Below are positions 52,840 to 62,616 of a DNA stretch of 64,000 nt, in pieces. The notes beneath the pieces are model-generated. The model made no database searches. It saw only the letters and a list, made by a program, of their open reading frames with translations, and was not told the DNA's origin. This DNA is from Spirochaetota bacterium (GTDB taxonomy: Bacteria > Spirochaetota > UBA4802 > UBA5550), in NCBI GenBank assembly GCA_963663865.1, contig OY760686.1:2944001-3008000 (forward strand), read 5' to 3'. The translations under genes were made by a program, and so were the position numbers. The first letter of the stretch is position 1. Every line of letters begins with the position of its first letter.

Positions 52840-53208
52840 ATGAACAGCGAAAGAACAACCAGCAACTCCGGAAACAGGGACAGATACAGTGTTCCTCCGG
52901 TTGATATTTATGAAACCGAAAACGAGTACGTCATAAAGGCCGATGTGCCCGGACTCGATAAAGACGATCTGGATATAACGGTGCACGACAACAAACTCGA
53001 AATAAGCGGCAAGCCGCGGGGAGATGAAATCATTCAGGAAAGAAAGTACGCGGAGTTTGAAACATCCGACTACTACAGGAGCTTCAATGTAGGGAACGAC
53101 ATCAACAACTCTGCCATTTCGGCAGCATTGAATGACGGAGTCTTGACATTAAAGCTTCCGAAACGCGATGAGATAAAGCCCAGAAAAATTCAGATCGCGG
53201 CTTCCTGA
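52840..53208 (+). CDS. Hsp20/alpha-crystallin protein 3
   Basis: PPVDIYE, DVPG, YYRSF, DGVL, KPRKI. Confidence 0.95.
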   Translation: MNSERTTSNSGNRDRYSVPPVDIYETENEYVIKADVPGLDKDDLDITVHDNKLEISGKPRGDEIIQERKYAEFETSDYYRSFNVGNDINNSAISAALNDGVLTLKLPKRDEIKPRKIQIAAS

Positions 53209-53229
53209 AAACTGAACAGGAAATGGCGC

Positions 53230-53259
53230 AAAAAAAGAGGGATTGCTCCCTCTTTTTTT
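53230..53259. terminator. bidirectional intrinsic terminator
   Basis: A7-GAGGGA-TTGC-TCCCTC-T7 between convergent genes. Confidence 0.9.
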
Positions 53260-53286
53260 ATTTGCTTCAAAAATTTCACGGATGTT

Positions 53287-53916
53287 TTATCTGCGAGGCT
53301 GATTTCCCGCTGCCGGAGGCCTTCGTCTTTTCCCCGCCGGTTTCTGTTCCTTCGGCTTGTTCTTGATCTTCTTGCCGGGCATCTTCTTCCAGTCAAAGCG
53401 GTGAACTATATCTGCCAGGTCGATCAAGTCCCTGTGTACAGTGTTGTCATCGCTGCACCAGAGTGACACAGTGGCTCCGGACTCTTTTGTAGCTTCAACC
53501 GCCGGAATGAAGTCGCTGTCACCCGCCACCAGTATCGCATGCTGTATATGACCCGCCGCTGAATGTCTGACCATGTCTACTGACAGGAGCACATCGACCC
53601 TCTTCTGCTCAAAGTAGTCCTTGTATCCGTCGCGGCGTTTCTGAAGCTTTCCCAGCCTCACCGCCCAGCGCTCAACCTTGCGGATCTCCTCCATGAGGAC
53701 ATCGTGCTCCTCCATGCGCCTTTTTTCAACCTCAGTCGGTTCCGGCGACATCCATGGGGCGCAGTAGTAAAAATAACACCTTAAAAGATCAAGCTGAGCC
53801 AATTTTCTCAGCGGCTTTAACAGATATTCGCTGAGGTTTTTATAGTCGGGCTGAAGCCCGTGTAGTTTCATCTGTGACAGCACATAGGCGCCGTCGATAA
53901 ATATTGCTGCACGCAA
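53287..53916 (-). CDS. NYN (LabA/DUF88, PIN-like) domain protein
   Basis: FIDGAY, QKRVDV, AGDSDFIP; likely TTG start after GGAGG. Confidence 0.9.
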   Translation of the reverse strand: MRAAIFIDGAYVLSQMKLHGLQPDYKNLSEYLLKPLRKLAQLDLLRCYFYYCAPWMSPEPTEVEKRRMEEHDVLMEEIRKVERWAVRLGKLQKRRDGYKDYFEQKRVDVLLSVDMVRHSAAGHIQHAILVAGDSDFIPAVEATKESGATVSLWCSDDNTVHRDLIDLADIVHRFDWKKMPGKKIKNKPKEQKPAGKRRRPPAAGNQPRR

Positions 53917-53965
53917 GTTATCCTCCAATACGTAATTTATTGTCTGTGTGAATGCCTTTATCCAT

Positions 53966-54706
53966 TCAGAAAACCGCGTCCGCTCCAATCACAGCGTAGT
54001 GGAACATTGAGAAGGTATAGACCTCGTCATTGTCCGCGCCGCCCTCAAGAATACGGTAACCGGCCTTAACCCTGAAGTTCTCGCTTATACTGTATCCGAG
54101 CAGAAGCGCGACATCCTCGGCCCTGCCCTGCGGCGCGGCAAGCGCGTCGCCGCCCAGATATGCGAAAAAGCCCGCGGGAAGGCTCGCCTCAACGGCAAAG
54201 TTCAGTATGGGCACGAAGCCGGTATTCTTCTTTTCAGTCGATATCCCCCCGCCTTTAACCGAAACACCCGCGTCCCGAATTTTCGCCGTAAACCCCGCAC
54301 CAAATGTGAAGACTTCACCAACATAGAATTTATACCTGTAGGTCATTCTGTACGAGTCAAACCTGAAACGCGCGGTAAGCTCAGTCCCTTCCGCAAAGGT
54401 CTCACCGTTATACTGAAGGTCTCTATCAAGTGTCCCCCTGGAGGTTACACGCAATGGAGTAGCCATGAATCCCAGATAGTGTTTTTCCGCGAAAGTGTAA
54501 CCGGCCTCAACCCTGAAGCTCCAGGCCATGTCCGGGTCAAGCTCATCTTTAAGGGAGAAGCGCGTCCCGTCGTCGCCTGGAATTCTGACATCGTTGTAAC
54601 CGGTAAATACCGGCCCGCCCTGCAAGTCAGCGTTAAACCGCGCATTGGCCATATCTCCGGCCAGAGAGAACACCAGCACAGCCGTTATTAAGCGAATCAC
54701 TTTCAC
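53966..54706 (-). CDS. outer-membrane beta-barrel-like protein
   Basis: Signal peptide, amphipathic strands, terminal Phe. Confidence 0.7.
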   Translation of the reverse strand: MKVIRLITAVLVFSLAGDMANARFNADLQGGPVFTGYNDVRIPGDDGTRFSLKDELDPDMAWSFRVEAGYTFAEKHYLGFMATPLRVTSRGTLDRDLQYNGETFAEGTELTARFRFDSYRMTYRYKFYVGEVFTFGAGFTAKIRDAGVSVKGGGISTEKKNTGFVPILNFAVEASLPAGFFAYLGGDALAAPQGRAEDVALLLGYSISENFRVKAGYRILEGGADNDEVYTFSMFHYAVIGADAVF

Positions 54707-55009
54707 AGGAAGACCTCCGCGAGGCAGATTTTCACACAGGAATAGACGTTAATACGGGTACAATAAAAAAGCAAGAGTTTTATGAGGATGGGGACGGTTT
54801 GAGACTCCCGGGCTAAAGAATGAATCGATTAAATACCTGCAGAGGATTTACTAACAATTAACGTCTTGATCAAAACAACTAAATAACCCGGAGAAGTAAA
54901 TCTTTCAAATGCTGATAATACTTTTTATGACTTAAACGAAAAAACTATGTCAAAAATCCCGTTATAAAACCACATACATTGTATAAATGTAATTCAACAG
55001 TTGAGGTTA

Positions 55010-57517
55010 ATGATGAAAATAAAACTTACAATCGCCCTTATTTATTTTTTTATCATGCTTTTTATTTCATGTGGAGAGGATGAAGCTGTAAAAGAAGACC
55101 CGGCCCCCTTAAAAACACGGGCACTGGAGCTTCTTTCACAGATGACCCTTGAGCAGAAGGTCAACCAGATGAGCGGAGGGCCCAAGCAGGAATCAGTCAT
55201 ATCAATGATGACTCAGATATACGATGCCGAGCTCAATATTCCGAGCATGATTTTCACCGACGGTACCCGCGGCACCAAATCCATGACAAACAATATGGAT
55301 TACGCATACACAACGGTATTCCCTGTCGCCTCATTACGGGCTGCTTCTTTTGACCGGGATTCGGAAAGTATCGTTGGCGAGATAAGCGCCCTTGAAACAA
55401 GGTCATTGGGCAACTACGTCCTCTGCGCTCCGAACCTGAACCAGACGGTCAACCCGCGATACGGCAGGAGCCAGGAGTCCTATGGCGAGGACTCATATCT
55501 CATTGGTGAGATGGGGTCCTCACACATAAATGGAACAAAGTACTCCGGAGCTGCCGATGAAGACAATGACGGCAAACCCGATGTAGATGAAAACGGAACC
55601 GTCATATACTATGACGCTGAGGGAAGACGCAGCTATGCCGTCCAGTCAGTCATATCCGAATTTGCTTTGTCTGGAAATGAGAGCGCAAGATATCAATTGA
55701 ATGCCCTTGCTGATGAGAGGACTCTCCGCGAGGTATTTCTGGCTCAGTTTAAGAAGGCAATCGACCGGGCAGACCCGGCGGGTGTTATGTCAGCATACAA
55801 TATGGTGAACGGCAGCTGGAGCTCGTCCAACAAAGAGCTCATGAGCGATATTCTCTACGGGGAGTGGGGCTTTGAAGGATACACCGTTACACAGTGGTAT
55901 GGAATTGCGGAATCAACTGAAAAGGCCGTCGAAGCCCAACTTGGAATCGAGATGCCCTTCAGCAAAGGTGTCCACGACTTCGAGCCTGCATATGGTGGCC
56001 TGCTGGTTAGCGCTGTTAAGTACGGCAAAATCCCCGAAGAGAACATCGACAAAATCGTCCTGAGAATACTTGAAAGAAAGATAGCATATGGGATGCTGGA
56101 TCATGGCAGGGACTTTTCAAAAACCTATACTATAGGCGAGGAAGATAAATACCATGCTTATCAGAGTGCTGAGGGACTTCAGAGACCGGAGTCCATTCAG
56201 GCGAGCCTTGAGATCGCGAGGAGGGGAATTGTACTCCTGAAGGACGGCGGCCGAAGCACTGAGTCATCAGACGGCGCCCTGCTTCCTATTAACAGCAGCT
56301 CAGAGATTATTACAGCTGAACATCCTGCAGTCATGCTTGGGCAATATTCCAACGTTGCCCGCACCGGTGATATAGGTTCATCGTATGCCACTTCATCTCC
56401 CCCGGGGTGCAGCCTTGACATCACTCCTTATCAGGGCTTCAGCGAACTTCTCGGGCAAGAACGCGTTAAGTATTTCACCGGCAATACGGACCCTGACTAT
56501 TACGATTACTACCAATCAGTGAATCATGAGGGGTATGGAGACGCGGAGGCGTTGAACGCGCTTAAGACAGCGTCATGGGCAATCATTGTAAGCTCCTATG
56601 TCCCCGCAATTATTTCAGCAGTTGAATGCGGCATTGGATCATGTAATTGGGAAAGAGGTGAAGAAGGTGAACAAATGGACCGTTCTTCACTTTCGCTGCC
56701 AACTCGCGACCTTGGCAACATACAGGCGGCAGTTCAAGCGAAAACAGCCAACCCCGACCTCAAAATCATGGTAATAATAGAGAGCGGTTCAGCCGTACTC
56801 GTCGAGGGCTTCGTTGATGAAGTCGATGTGATTGTCCAGGCATGGTACCCCGGCATGTGCGGAGGTCAGGCCATAGCCGAGCTCGTCTTCGGCCGGACAC
56901 TCGACCAAAACATATGGACAGGTGAGCCGCAGGAGGTCAGAGCTGTCAGCTTCTCAGGGAAAAGCCCTGTGACATGGCCCCGTTCGGATGCCCAGCTTCC
57001 CTTATATCCCTCAAGCAGACAAACAACTGAATACAACTACAGCTATTACCACGGCTACCGCCTCTTCGAGCAGGGGCTGGCTGAAACAGAAGAGAAGAGC
57101 CCCCGCTACTGGTTCGGTTACGGGCTGAGCTACAATACCTACAGCTACAGCAACCTGGAGGTCGATCCTAACTTTGTTAATGATGAAGGAACCCGGCTTG
57201 TCAAGGTGAGCGTCGATGTCACAAACAACGGAGAGTACGATTCATCAGAGATTGTGCAGGCCTATGTCGGATTCAGTCACTCACAGCTTGACGACGCCTG
57301 GGGCCGTCCGGTCAAGCAGCTCTTCGGCTTCGAACGTGTTGACATTGCGGCAGGAGAAACAGAAAAAGCGGTCATGTACATTGAGCCATCAGATCTCGCT
57401 TACTGGGACGAGGCCTCTCAGAGCATGGTAATCGAAGACATACAGTACGAGCTTATCGTTGCAGAAAGCTCCGATCCGAATGCCCAAAAGCTAACCTTGG
57501 CCTTCAGGCTGTATTAG
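55010..57517 (+). CDS. GH3 beta-glucosidase-like lipoprotein with altered catalytic residues
   Basis: MTLEQK, GRSQESYGED, VMSAYN, QAWYPG, FGYGLSY, Fn3-like C-terminus; lipobox FISC. Confidence 0.9.
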   Translation: MMKIKLTIALIYFFIMLFISCGEDEAVKEDPAPLKTRALELLSQMTLEQKVNQMSGGPKQESVISMMTQIYDAELNIPSMIFTDGTRGTKSMTNNMDYAYTTVFPVASLRAASFDRDSESIVGEISALETRSLGNYVLCAPNLNQTVNPRYGRSQESYGEDSYLIGEMGSSHINGTKYSGAADEDNDGKPDVDENGTVIYYDAEGRRSYAVQSVISEFALSGNESARYQLNALADERTLREVFLAQFKKAIDRADPAGVMSAYNMVNGSWSSSNKELMSDILYGEWGFEGYTVTQWYGIAESTEKAVEAQLGIEMPFSKGVHDFEPAYGGLLVSAVKYGKIPEENIDKIVLRILERKIAYGMLDHGRDFSKTYTIGEEDKYHAYQSAEGLQRPESIQASLEIARRGIVLLKDGGRSTESSDGALLPINSSSEIITAEHPAVMLGQYSNVARTGDIGSSYATSSPPGCSLDITPYQGFSELLGQERVKYFTGNTDPDYYDYYQSVNHEGYGDAEALNALKTASWAIIVSSYVPAIISAVECGIGSCNWERGEEGEQMDRSSLSLPTRDLGNIQAAVQAKTANPDLKIMVIIESGSAVLVEGFVDEVDVIVQAWYPGMCGGQAIAELVFGRTLDQNIWTGEPQEVRAVSFSGKSPVTWPRSDAQLPLYPSSRQTTEYNYSYYHGYRLFEQGLAETEEKSPRYWFGYGLSYNTYSYSNLEVDPNFVNDEGTRLVKVSVDVTNNGEYDSSEIVQAYVGFSHSQLDDAWGRPVKQLFGFERVDIAAGETEKAVMYIEPSDLAYWDEASQSMVIEDIQYELIVAESSDPNAQKLTLAFRLY

Positions 57518-57534
57518 ACTTATCCGGATAGCAA

Positions 57535-57580
57535 GAAGGCCTGCCGCCGCCAACTCTGGTACGGCAGGCCTTCCTGTTTC
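57535..57580 (+). terminator. hairpin/terminator after the GH3 gene
   Basis: 12-bp stem GAAGGCCTGCCG/CGGCAGGCCTTC. Confidence 0.65.
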
Positions 57581-57730
57581 ACAGGTCTTCATCATTATAT
57601 TATGCTGGCAACCAGACATCCCTGATTGGATGCCATGTAATATCTTTGTTTATTCCCCGTTGCCCTTCACCATTTAATCAAGGGCCTGACTTTGTAACAA
57701 TGCCCGGATAAAACCCATTAACTGTCCACC

Positions 57731-58819
57731 TTACCTGCTCTGAATATACTCTACAGTCAACAGAACAAATCTATCAGCAGATCCTCTCGAATCCCATGTC
57801 GGATAGGGGAATGCTGATACAAGATTAATCCTGTATCCGGCATAATCGGTTTCTATTCCCTGCTCCAGTTCAAGAGCAACTGTTTCCGAGCCTTTAATGA
57901 ATAATTCTATCTCGGAAGATAAACTACTCTTACCATCACATACCAGCTCAATGGGGCATCTCGAATCGGTTATGGATACGCACTTCAGCATGAGGCCGTC
58001 TCCGGAAAGGGTTTCGCCCTCCTTAAGACGAAACTCCGTGCCGCTGGTATTGGGAATACGCTCTTCATCATCCGCGGTCGCCTTCATAACAGCATAGTTG
58101 TTTCCGAAAGCCGCTTCGTTAGCATCTTCATTTTGCTTAACATCTTCAAGTGTAAGCTTATAGCCGAAGAGATAGGTTTCATTCCTGCCGCTTAATCCTT
58201 CATCTCCAAGAACAAAGGCCGAATACTGATTACGATCAGAGGAATAGAGACTGAAGTTACCATAAACATAGCTCCCCGCGCTGAACAGTCTCAGGGAGGT
58301 TATAAGCCCTTCCTCATTACTAATAGCTGCTTCTGAAGGCTTGAACTCAAGATCAGTCCCGAAAGAAAACTCAACAATTTTAAGGGAGTCAGTATTGTTC
58401 CAGTAGAGCTCCTTTTTAAAAGCTGAGTCATTTACATCAATCACTTCCTTGCTTGCATTTATGTAAATATTCTCAGTAGAAAACCAGTAACAGTCATCAT
58501 CGCTCAGTGTTCCCGCGAAATCGTGGGCAACAACCCTGTTCCATACCTGGTCAGGACCCATATTGATAAAATAATAAACCTCAGAGGTTTCCAAATCTGT
58601 GAGTCTGTACACCTCCTGCGGACGCCAGTTATCCGGTATGGCAGCATCAATCAGATCCGCAACCTGCTTCGGCAACTCCTGTAATGGCAGAGATACCCCT
58701 TCCGGGCTGTAAATCGGCTCATCCTCTCCGCCTGTATTGTCAGAATTTTCACACGATAAATTAATCACCATGAATATCATGACAATACAGATAAACATTG
58801 ACCTTGAAATTCTCTTCAT
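57731..58819 (-). CDS. hypothetical lipoprotein
   Basis: Lipobox NLSC; C-terminal DSRCP...C domain. Confidence 0.7.
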   Translation of the reverse strand: MKRISRSMFICIVMIFMVINLSCENSDNTGGEDEPIYSPEGVSLPLQELPKQVADLIDAAIPDNWRPQEVYRLTDLETSEVYYFINMGPDQVWNRVVAHDFAGTLSDDDCYWFSTENIYINASKEVIDVNDSAFKKELYWNNTDSLKIVEFSFGTDLEFKPSEAAISNEEGLITSLRLFSAGSYVYGNFSLYSSDRNQYSAFVLGDEGLSGRNETYLFGYKLTLEDVKQNEDANEAAFGNNYAVMKATADDEERIPNTSGTEFRLKEGETLSGDGLMLKCVSITDSRCPIELVCDGKSSLSSEIELFIKGSETVALELEQGIETDYAGYRINLVSAFPYPTWDSRGSADRFVLLTVEYIQSR

Positions 58820-59002
58820 GCCAGCCGCCTAAAAAATATATTCCAGTACAGGGAATCCCATCGCAGCAGAATTCCTGCTGTTATTTATGTGTTATATTTC
58901 CCTGAATTTTGACATGTTTTTTTAAGGAGTATATTTTTTTCATGAGCCAAGCAGATTGCGGTATAATCAAAAAAAAGATTACTTCATGCGGGGAGTTTTA
59001 TT

Positions 59003-60235
59003 TCAGACCTCAAACCTGGTTCCGGTTTCAAGACACTCAGCCAGACGGCGATAAACAGTCGTAATGGCGTCACGCGAGCTGTTCCCTTTAAGACCGCGGA
59101 TTATTCGTTCCGAAAGCGTGCCCTCCCGGCAGATAAACTCAAGATCACGGGCGTAACCAGAGTAATCCGGGTAGAAATCGGCAAGACGCGAAGAAAGAAC
59201 CGGGACAAGCTCCGCGGCGGATAATGACTGTCCTCTTACGCCGAAGAGCTCAAGATAGCCGGGCGCATCTATGACAGCGCGCGAAGCATCCCGAATCGCC
59301 GCGCTCAGAATCTCCGTGAGAAGCCCGGTTGAAACACTGCGCTGTGCAGCAAAGCCGCAGAACCTCTCCTCAACGAGCGCACGGGCAAGATGCGCACAGA
59401 ACGAGGCAACAGCCATGTCCATTCGGGGACATTCCTGCGTGTCAGCCAGCCTGAGTTCGACAGCGTCCCTGTCAAAGCGGGCAATCGCCCCCCTTGAGTT
59501 AAGCCATTCTTCAGCGAGTATGCCTTCGGTATCGAAGGGGGCGATTGCCCGGTACATCGGTTCGAGTATAACCTTCTGGTATTCTTCGCGCGAGAAGACA
59601 GGCTCGGGAATAACACGCCCTGTTATCTCAGGGATATTCGACTGGTTCATCCTGTAAACTTCGAGCCTTTCATCAAGGCTGACAGCCGGAGCCCCATCCC
59701 GCAAAGGAGACGACGCCGCGACTGCCGGAACAAGCGGCAGAACGATTCTCACAGCGCTGTGCAGGGCCGCGAACTCTCTGTCGCCCTTGAATGGAAGGTT
59801 CAGGTGAACACTCTGCAGGTTTGACCACCCGTGCCCCGAACAGCCGAATATCCTGTCGTAAGTCTCGTAGATTGCCCTGTCGCCATGCTTCCAGATTACT
59901 GTCTCGCTTCCCGGGTCCATGAAGGGGTGCATACCTCCCGGAAGCAGACAGCCTCCCGTCCTGGTAAGGTGTTTATTTATGAGGCGGATATCATTCTGAA
60001 ACACATCTTCAAGCCCGGTCAGAGACTTTACCGGCAAAGCGGTTTTAAGCTCAATTACGTGATTTACCAGCTCGTTTGACCAGGTCAAGTCTCCGGAGTT
60101 GAATTCACTCGCGCCGCTTTCGGCAAAATCGCCCAAAATCTCATCCGCGCATGGAAGAACTTCCAAAGTACCCGGGCGGACAATCATGTACTCTATCTCA
60201 ATCCCGAAGGCCTCAAAGAGCCCGTAGCTTTTCAC
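59003..60235 (-). CDS. GCS2/glutamate--cysteine ligase family COOH-NH2 ligase
   Basis: GIEIEY, NELVNHVIELKT, GMHP, QSVHLN, ASSP, ARFDR..ELRL.D. Confidence 0.9.
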   Translation of the reverse strand: MKSYGLFEAFGIEIEYMIVRPGTLEVLPCADEILGDFAESGASEFNSGDLTWSNELVNHVIELKTALPVKSLTGLEDVFQNDIRLINKHLTRTGGCLLPGGMHPFMDPGSETVIWKHGDRAIYETYDRIFGCSGHGWSNLQSVHLNLPFKGDREFAALHSAVRIVLPLVPAVAASSPLRDGAPAVSLDERLEVYRMNQSNIPEITGRVIPEPVFSREEYQKVILEPMYRAIAPFDTEGILAEEWLNSRGAIARFDRDAVELRLADTQECPRMDMAVASFCAHLARALVEERFCGFAAQRSVSTGLLTEILSAAIRDASRAVIDAPGYLELFGVRGQSLSAAELVPVLSSRLADFYPDYSGYARDLEFICREGTLSERIIRGLKGNSSRDAITTVYRRLAECLETGTRFEV

Positions 60236-61713
60236 TTCGCTATCCTCAGGTGCTCCTTTTCCTTGCGGCTTCTAACTCTTTCGTAAAACACCTTCATTAT
60301 GCTCATATAAAGTTCATCTTTAAGAACACGGTCTTCAACGCCGTAGTCAAGGCTCGGATTGTCGTTTACCTCAATAACATAGCACTTGCCGCCCGACACC
60401 TTGAGGTCGACACCGTATATGCCGTCACCGATACAGTTTGCCGCCTTCAGAGCGGTCTGTATCACCCTTGACGGAACATCCTCGACAGGAACAGTCTCTC
60501 CCCGGCCCGCGTGGTTCTTCCCCTTCTTCTCCCAGTTGAGTATCTGCCAGTGATTGGCTGCCATGAAGTACTTGCAGGCATAGAGCGGCTTTCGGTCTAT
60601 TATGCCTATACGCCAGTCAAAGTCGGTCCTCATAAACTCCTGAGCAATCAGAAGGTCGGACCTGTCAAAGAGCTCGCCGGCCGTCTTGCGGAACTCCGCC
60701 TTGCTCTCGACCTTGACAACGCCCTGCGAGTAGGAGCTGTCAGGCTGCTTGAGAATCATAGGGAAAGGCAGGCCGTCAGCCGCCATTTTCATGTTATCGC
60801 TGCTGAAAACAAGCGTCTTCGGCGTTGGAATTTTATAACGGCCCATCATCTCGGCAAGGTAGACCTTGTTAGTGCACTTGATGATTGACTGAGGGTCATC
60901 AATAACGACCAGCCCTTCGGCCTGAGCCCTCTGGGCAAACCTGAAGGTGTGGTGATTGACGCCCGTAGTTTCACGGATAAACAGCGCGTCGTACTCGGCG
61001 ATGTCCCTGAGGCTGTCCTTCTCTATGAGGTCCACGTTGAAGCCGGCCTTCTCGCCGCATTTGACGAACTTCTCCATTGCCTTTGAGTCAGAGGGCGGGG
61101 TCTTCTCGGACGAGTTCACAAGAATAGCCATATCGTAGGGAGCCGGGGCCTTTCTTTTTATGTACTGAATATCCCTTGAAAAATAGCTCCTGGCAAATTC
61201 AAGCACATACTCGCGGTGCTCATCGGGAATATCGTTGCCGGATATCAGCTGAATGTTCTGAATCTTCCAGCGTGTATTTTTTTTGTAAAAGAACACCCTC
61301 AGCAGCGGAGCCTGAAAAAGCTTGTATATTTCCCGGCTAAGCCTGTCGTAGCGCGGGGAGAGATTGCGTCCGAAGTATATACTGAGCACGAAGTTGCCTG
61401 ACTGAATATGCGACAGGCTCTTCTGAACCAGGCTGTCAAGCTCTTCGGCGATTACCCTTATAACATGGGGGGCCTTCATCTCCTGAATGGTGGAAACCTT
61501 CGGAAAGGCCTTATGCCCCCTGGCCACCGCCAGCAGCGAAACATAGTATCCCATCGACTGATAGCGGTACGACTTGCAGAGGTTGAAAATCTTCGTCCCC
61601 TTTCTGTTAAGATATTCTCCGCTGAAGAGATACTCTTTGGCCGTGATAACGCTAACTCCCGGAATGTCGAAGTTCCAGTTCTTGAGAGTGTTTACAACAA
61701 TGTAATTCTGCAT
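60232..61713 (-). CDS. RimK-family ATP-grasp ligase with N-terminal RLAN domain
   Basis: NLCKSYRYQSMGYYVSLLAVARGH (RLAN); KQPDSSYSQGV, QEF, DWR, YGVDLK, IEVNDNP. Confidence 0.92.
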   Translation of the reverse strand: MQNYIVVNTLKNWNFDIPGVSVITAKEYLFSGEYLNRKGTKIFNLCKSYRYQSMGYYVSLLAVARGHKAFPKVSTIQEMKAPHVIRVIAEELDSLVQKSLSHIQSGNFVLSIYFGRNLSPRYDRLSREIYKLFQAPLLRVFFYKKNTRWKIQNIQLISGNDIPDEHREYVLEFARSYFSRDIQYIKRKAPAPYDMAILVNSSEKTPPSDSKAMEKFVKCGEKAGFNVDLIEKDSLRDIAEYDALFIRETTGVNHHTFRFAQRAQAEGLVVIDDPQSIIKCTNKVYLAEMMGRYKIPTPKTLVFSSDNMKMAADGLPFPMILKQPDSSYSQGVVKVESKAEFRKTAGELFDRSDLLIAQEFMRTDFDWRIGIIDRKPLYACKYFMAANHWQILNWEKKGKNHAGRGETVPVEDVPSRVIQTALKAANCIGDGIYGVDLKVSGGKCYVIEVNDNPSLDYGVEDRVLKDELYMSIMKVFYERVRSRKEKEHLRIAK

Positions 61714-61729
61714 CTTTTATTCTCCGCTG

Positions 61730-62512
61730 TCACGCCGGCCTTATCACCAGCAGATTGGAATCGTAAGTAAGTACACCGAGAAGTATTGAATTAATCAGGC
61801 GGCCTGCTCTGACATAGTAGAACTGCCTTTCAGCAACCGGGTTCGCCGCGTAAGGGTCAGCGAGAAGGACCCTCTTTCTCGCCATGTCGTATCTCACGAG
61901 TACGACAAAGTGCCCCGCAGGCTCTCCCCGCAGGTCATCTTCCTCGCCGGTGGCCCCGATTTCCCGCGTTGAGCGGTAAAGCCAGGTGGAGCTCAGTCCG
62001 GTTATCACGGGCGTGCCGCCGCCAAGTTGTTTTTTTATGAGGGGGGATGATATGTCTCTGAACTCCAACCGCCCGCCGAGCTCAAGAAACCTTCTGTAAG
62101 ACCTTACAGCAAAGCGCGTACGCTCGTCAGTCTTATACAGAGCCCGCTGTTCAAGCCTGGCCCTCAGTTCATCGCGTTTCAGGTTAAACCAGCTCGGATC
62201 AAACACCTGGATGTTGACGGTATAGATGTCCGCTGAATACCCTCTCTCAAGGGCATGATTGGCAAGATTGACGGCAAGCGTACCGCCTTCGCTCAGCGTC
62301 TCGACCGCTTCAATGACGCTGCTCAGGGGAACTGAGTCGCCGTAATAGCTGTAAACCGCGTGAAGACAGGTCGGCCCGCAGGACGTATCGTCAGGCTGAG
62401 GGCTCATTTCAAGAAAGCGGCTTTCCCTGCTTTCACACCGGCCGTCAGAGCGGCCGCATTCGGGTTCCATCTCGGTTTCGTAACCTCCGGATTTAAGCAA
62501 ATCCGATGACAA
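61730..62512 (-). CDS. C39-like papain-fold cysteine peptidase
   Basis: QPDDTSCGPTCL, GHFVVL, ADPY; start uncertain (alternative ATG at 62470). Confidence 0.85.
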   Translation of the reverse strand: MSSDLLKSGGYETEMEPECGRSDGRCESRESRFLEMSPQPDDTSCGPTCLHAVYSYYGDSVPLSSVIEAVETLSEGGTLAVNLANHALERGYSADIYTVNIQVFDPSWFNLKRDELRARLEQRALYKTDERTRFAVRSYRRFLELGGRLEFRDISSPLIKKQLGGGTPVITGLSSTWLYRSTREIGATGEEDDLRGEPAGHFVVLVRYDMARKRVLLADPYAANPVAERQFYYVRAGRLINSILLGVLTYDSNLLVIRPA

Positions 62513-62616
62513 TAAGAAACCATGGCCGAATAAATCAATATAAATTCTGGTAAGATGTAATAAATTTCATTCCGACTGACCCGCCGGCAGCAGGTCAATC
62601 ATTAACATACCTGTTC

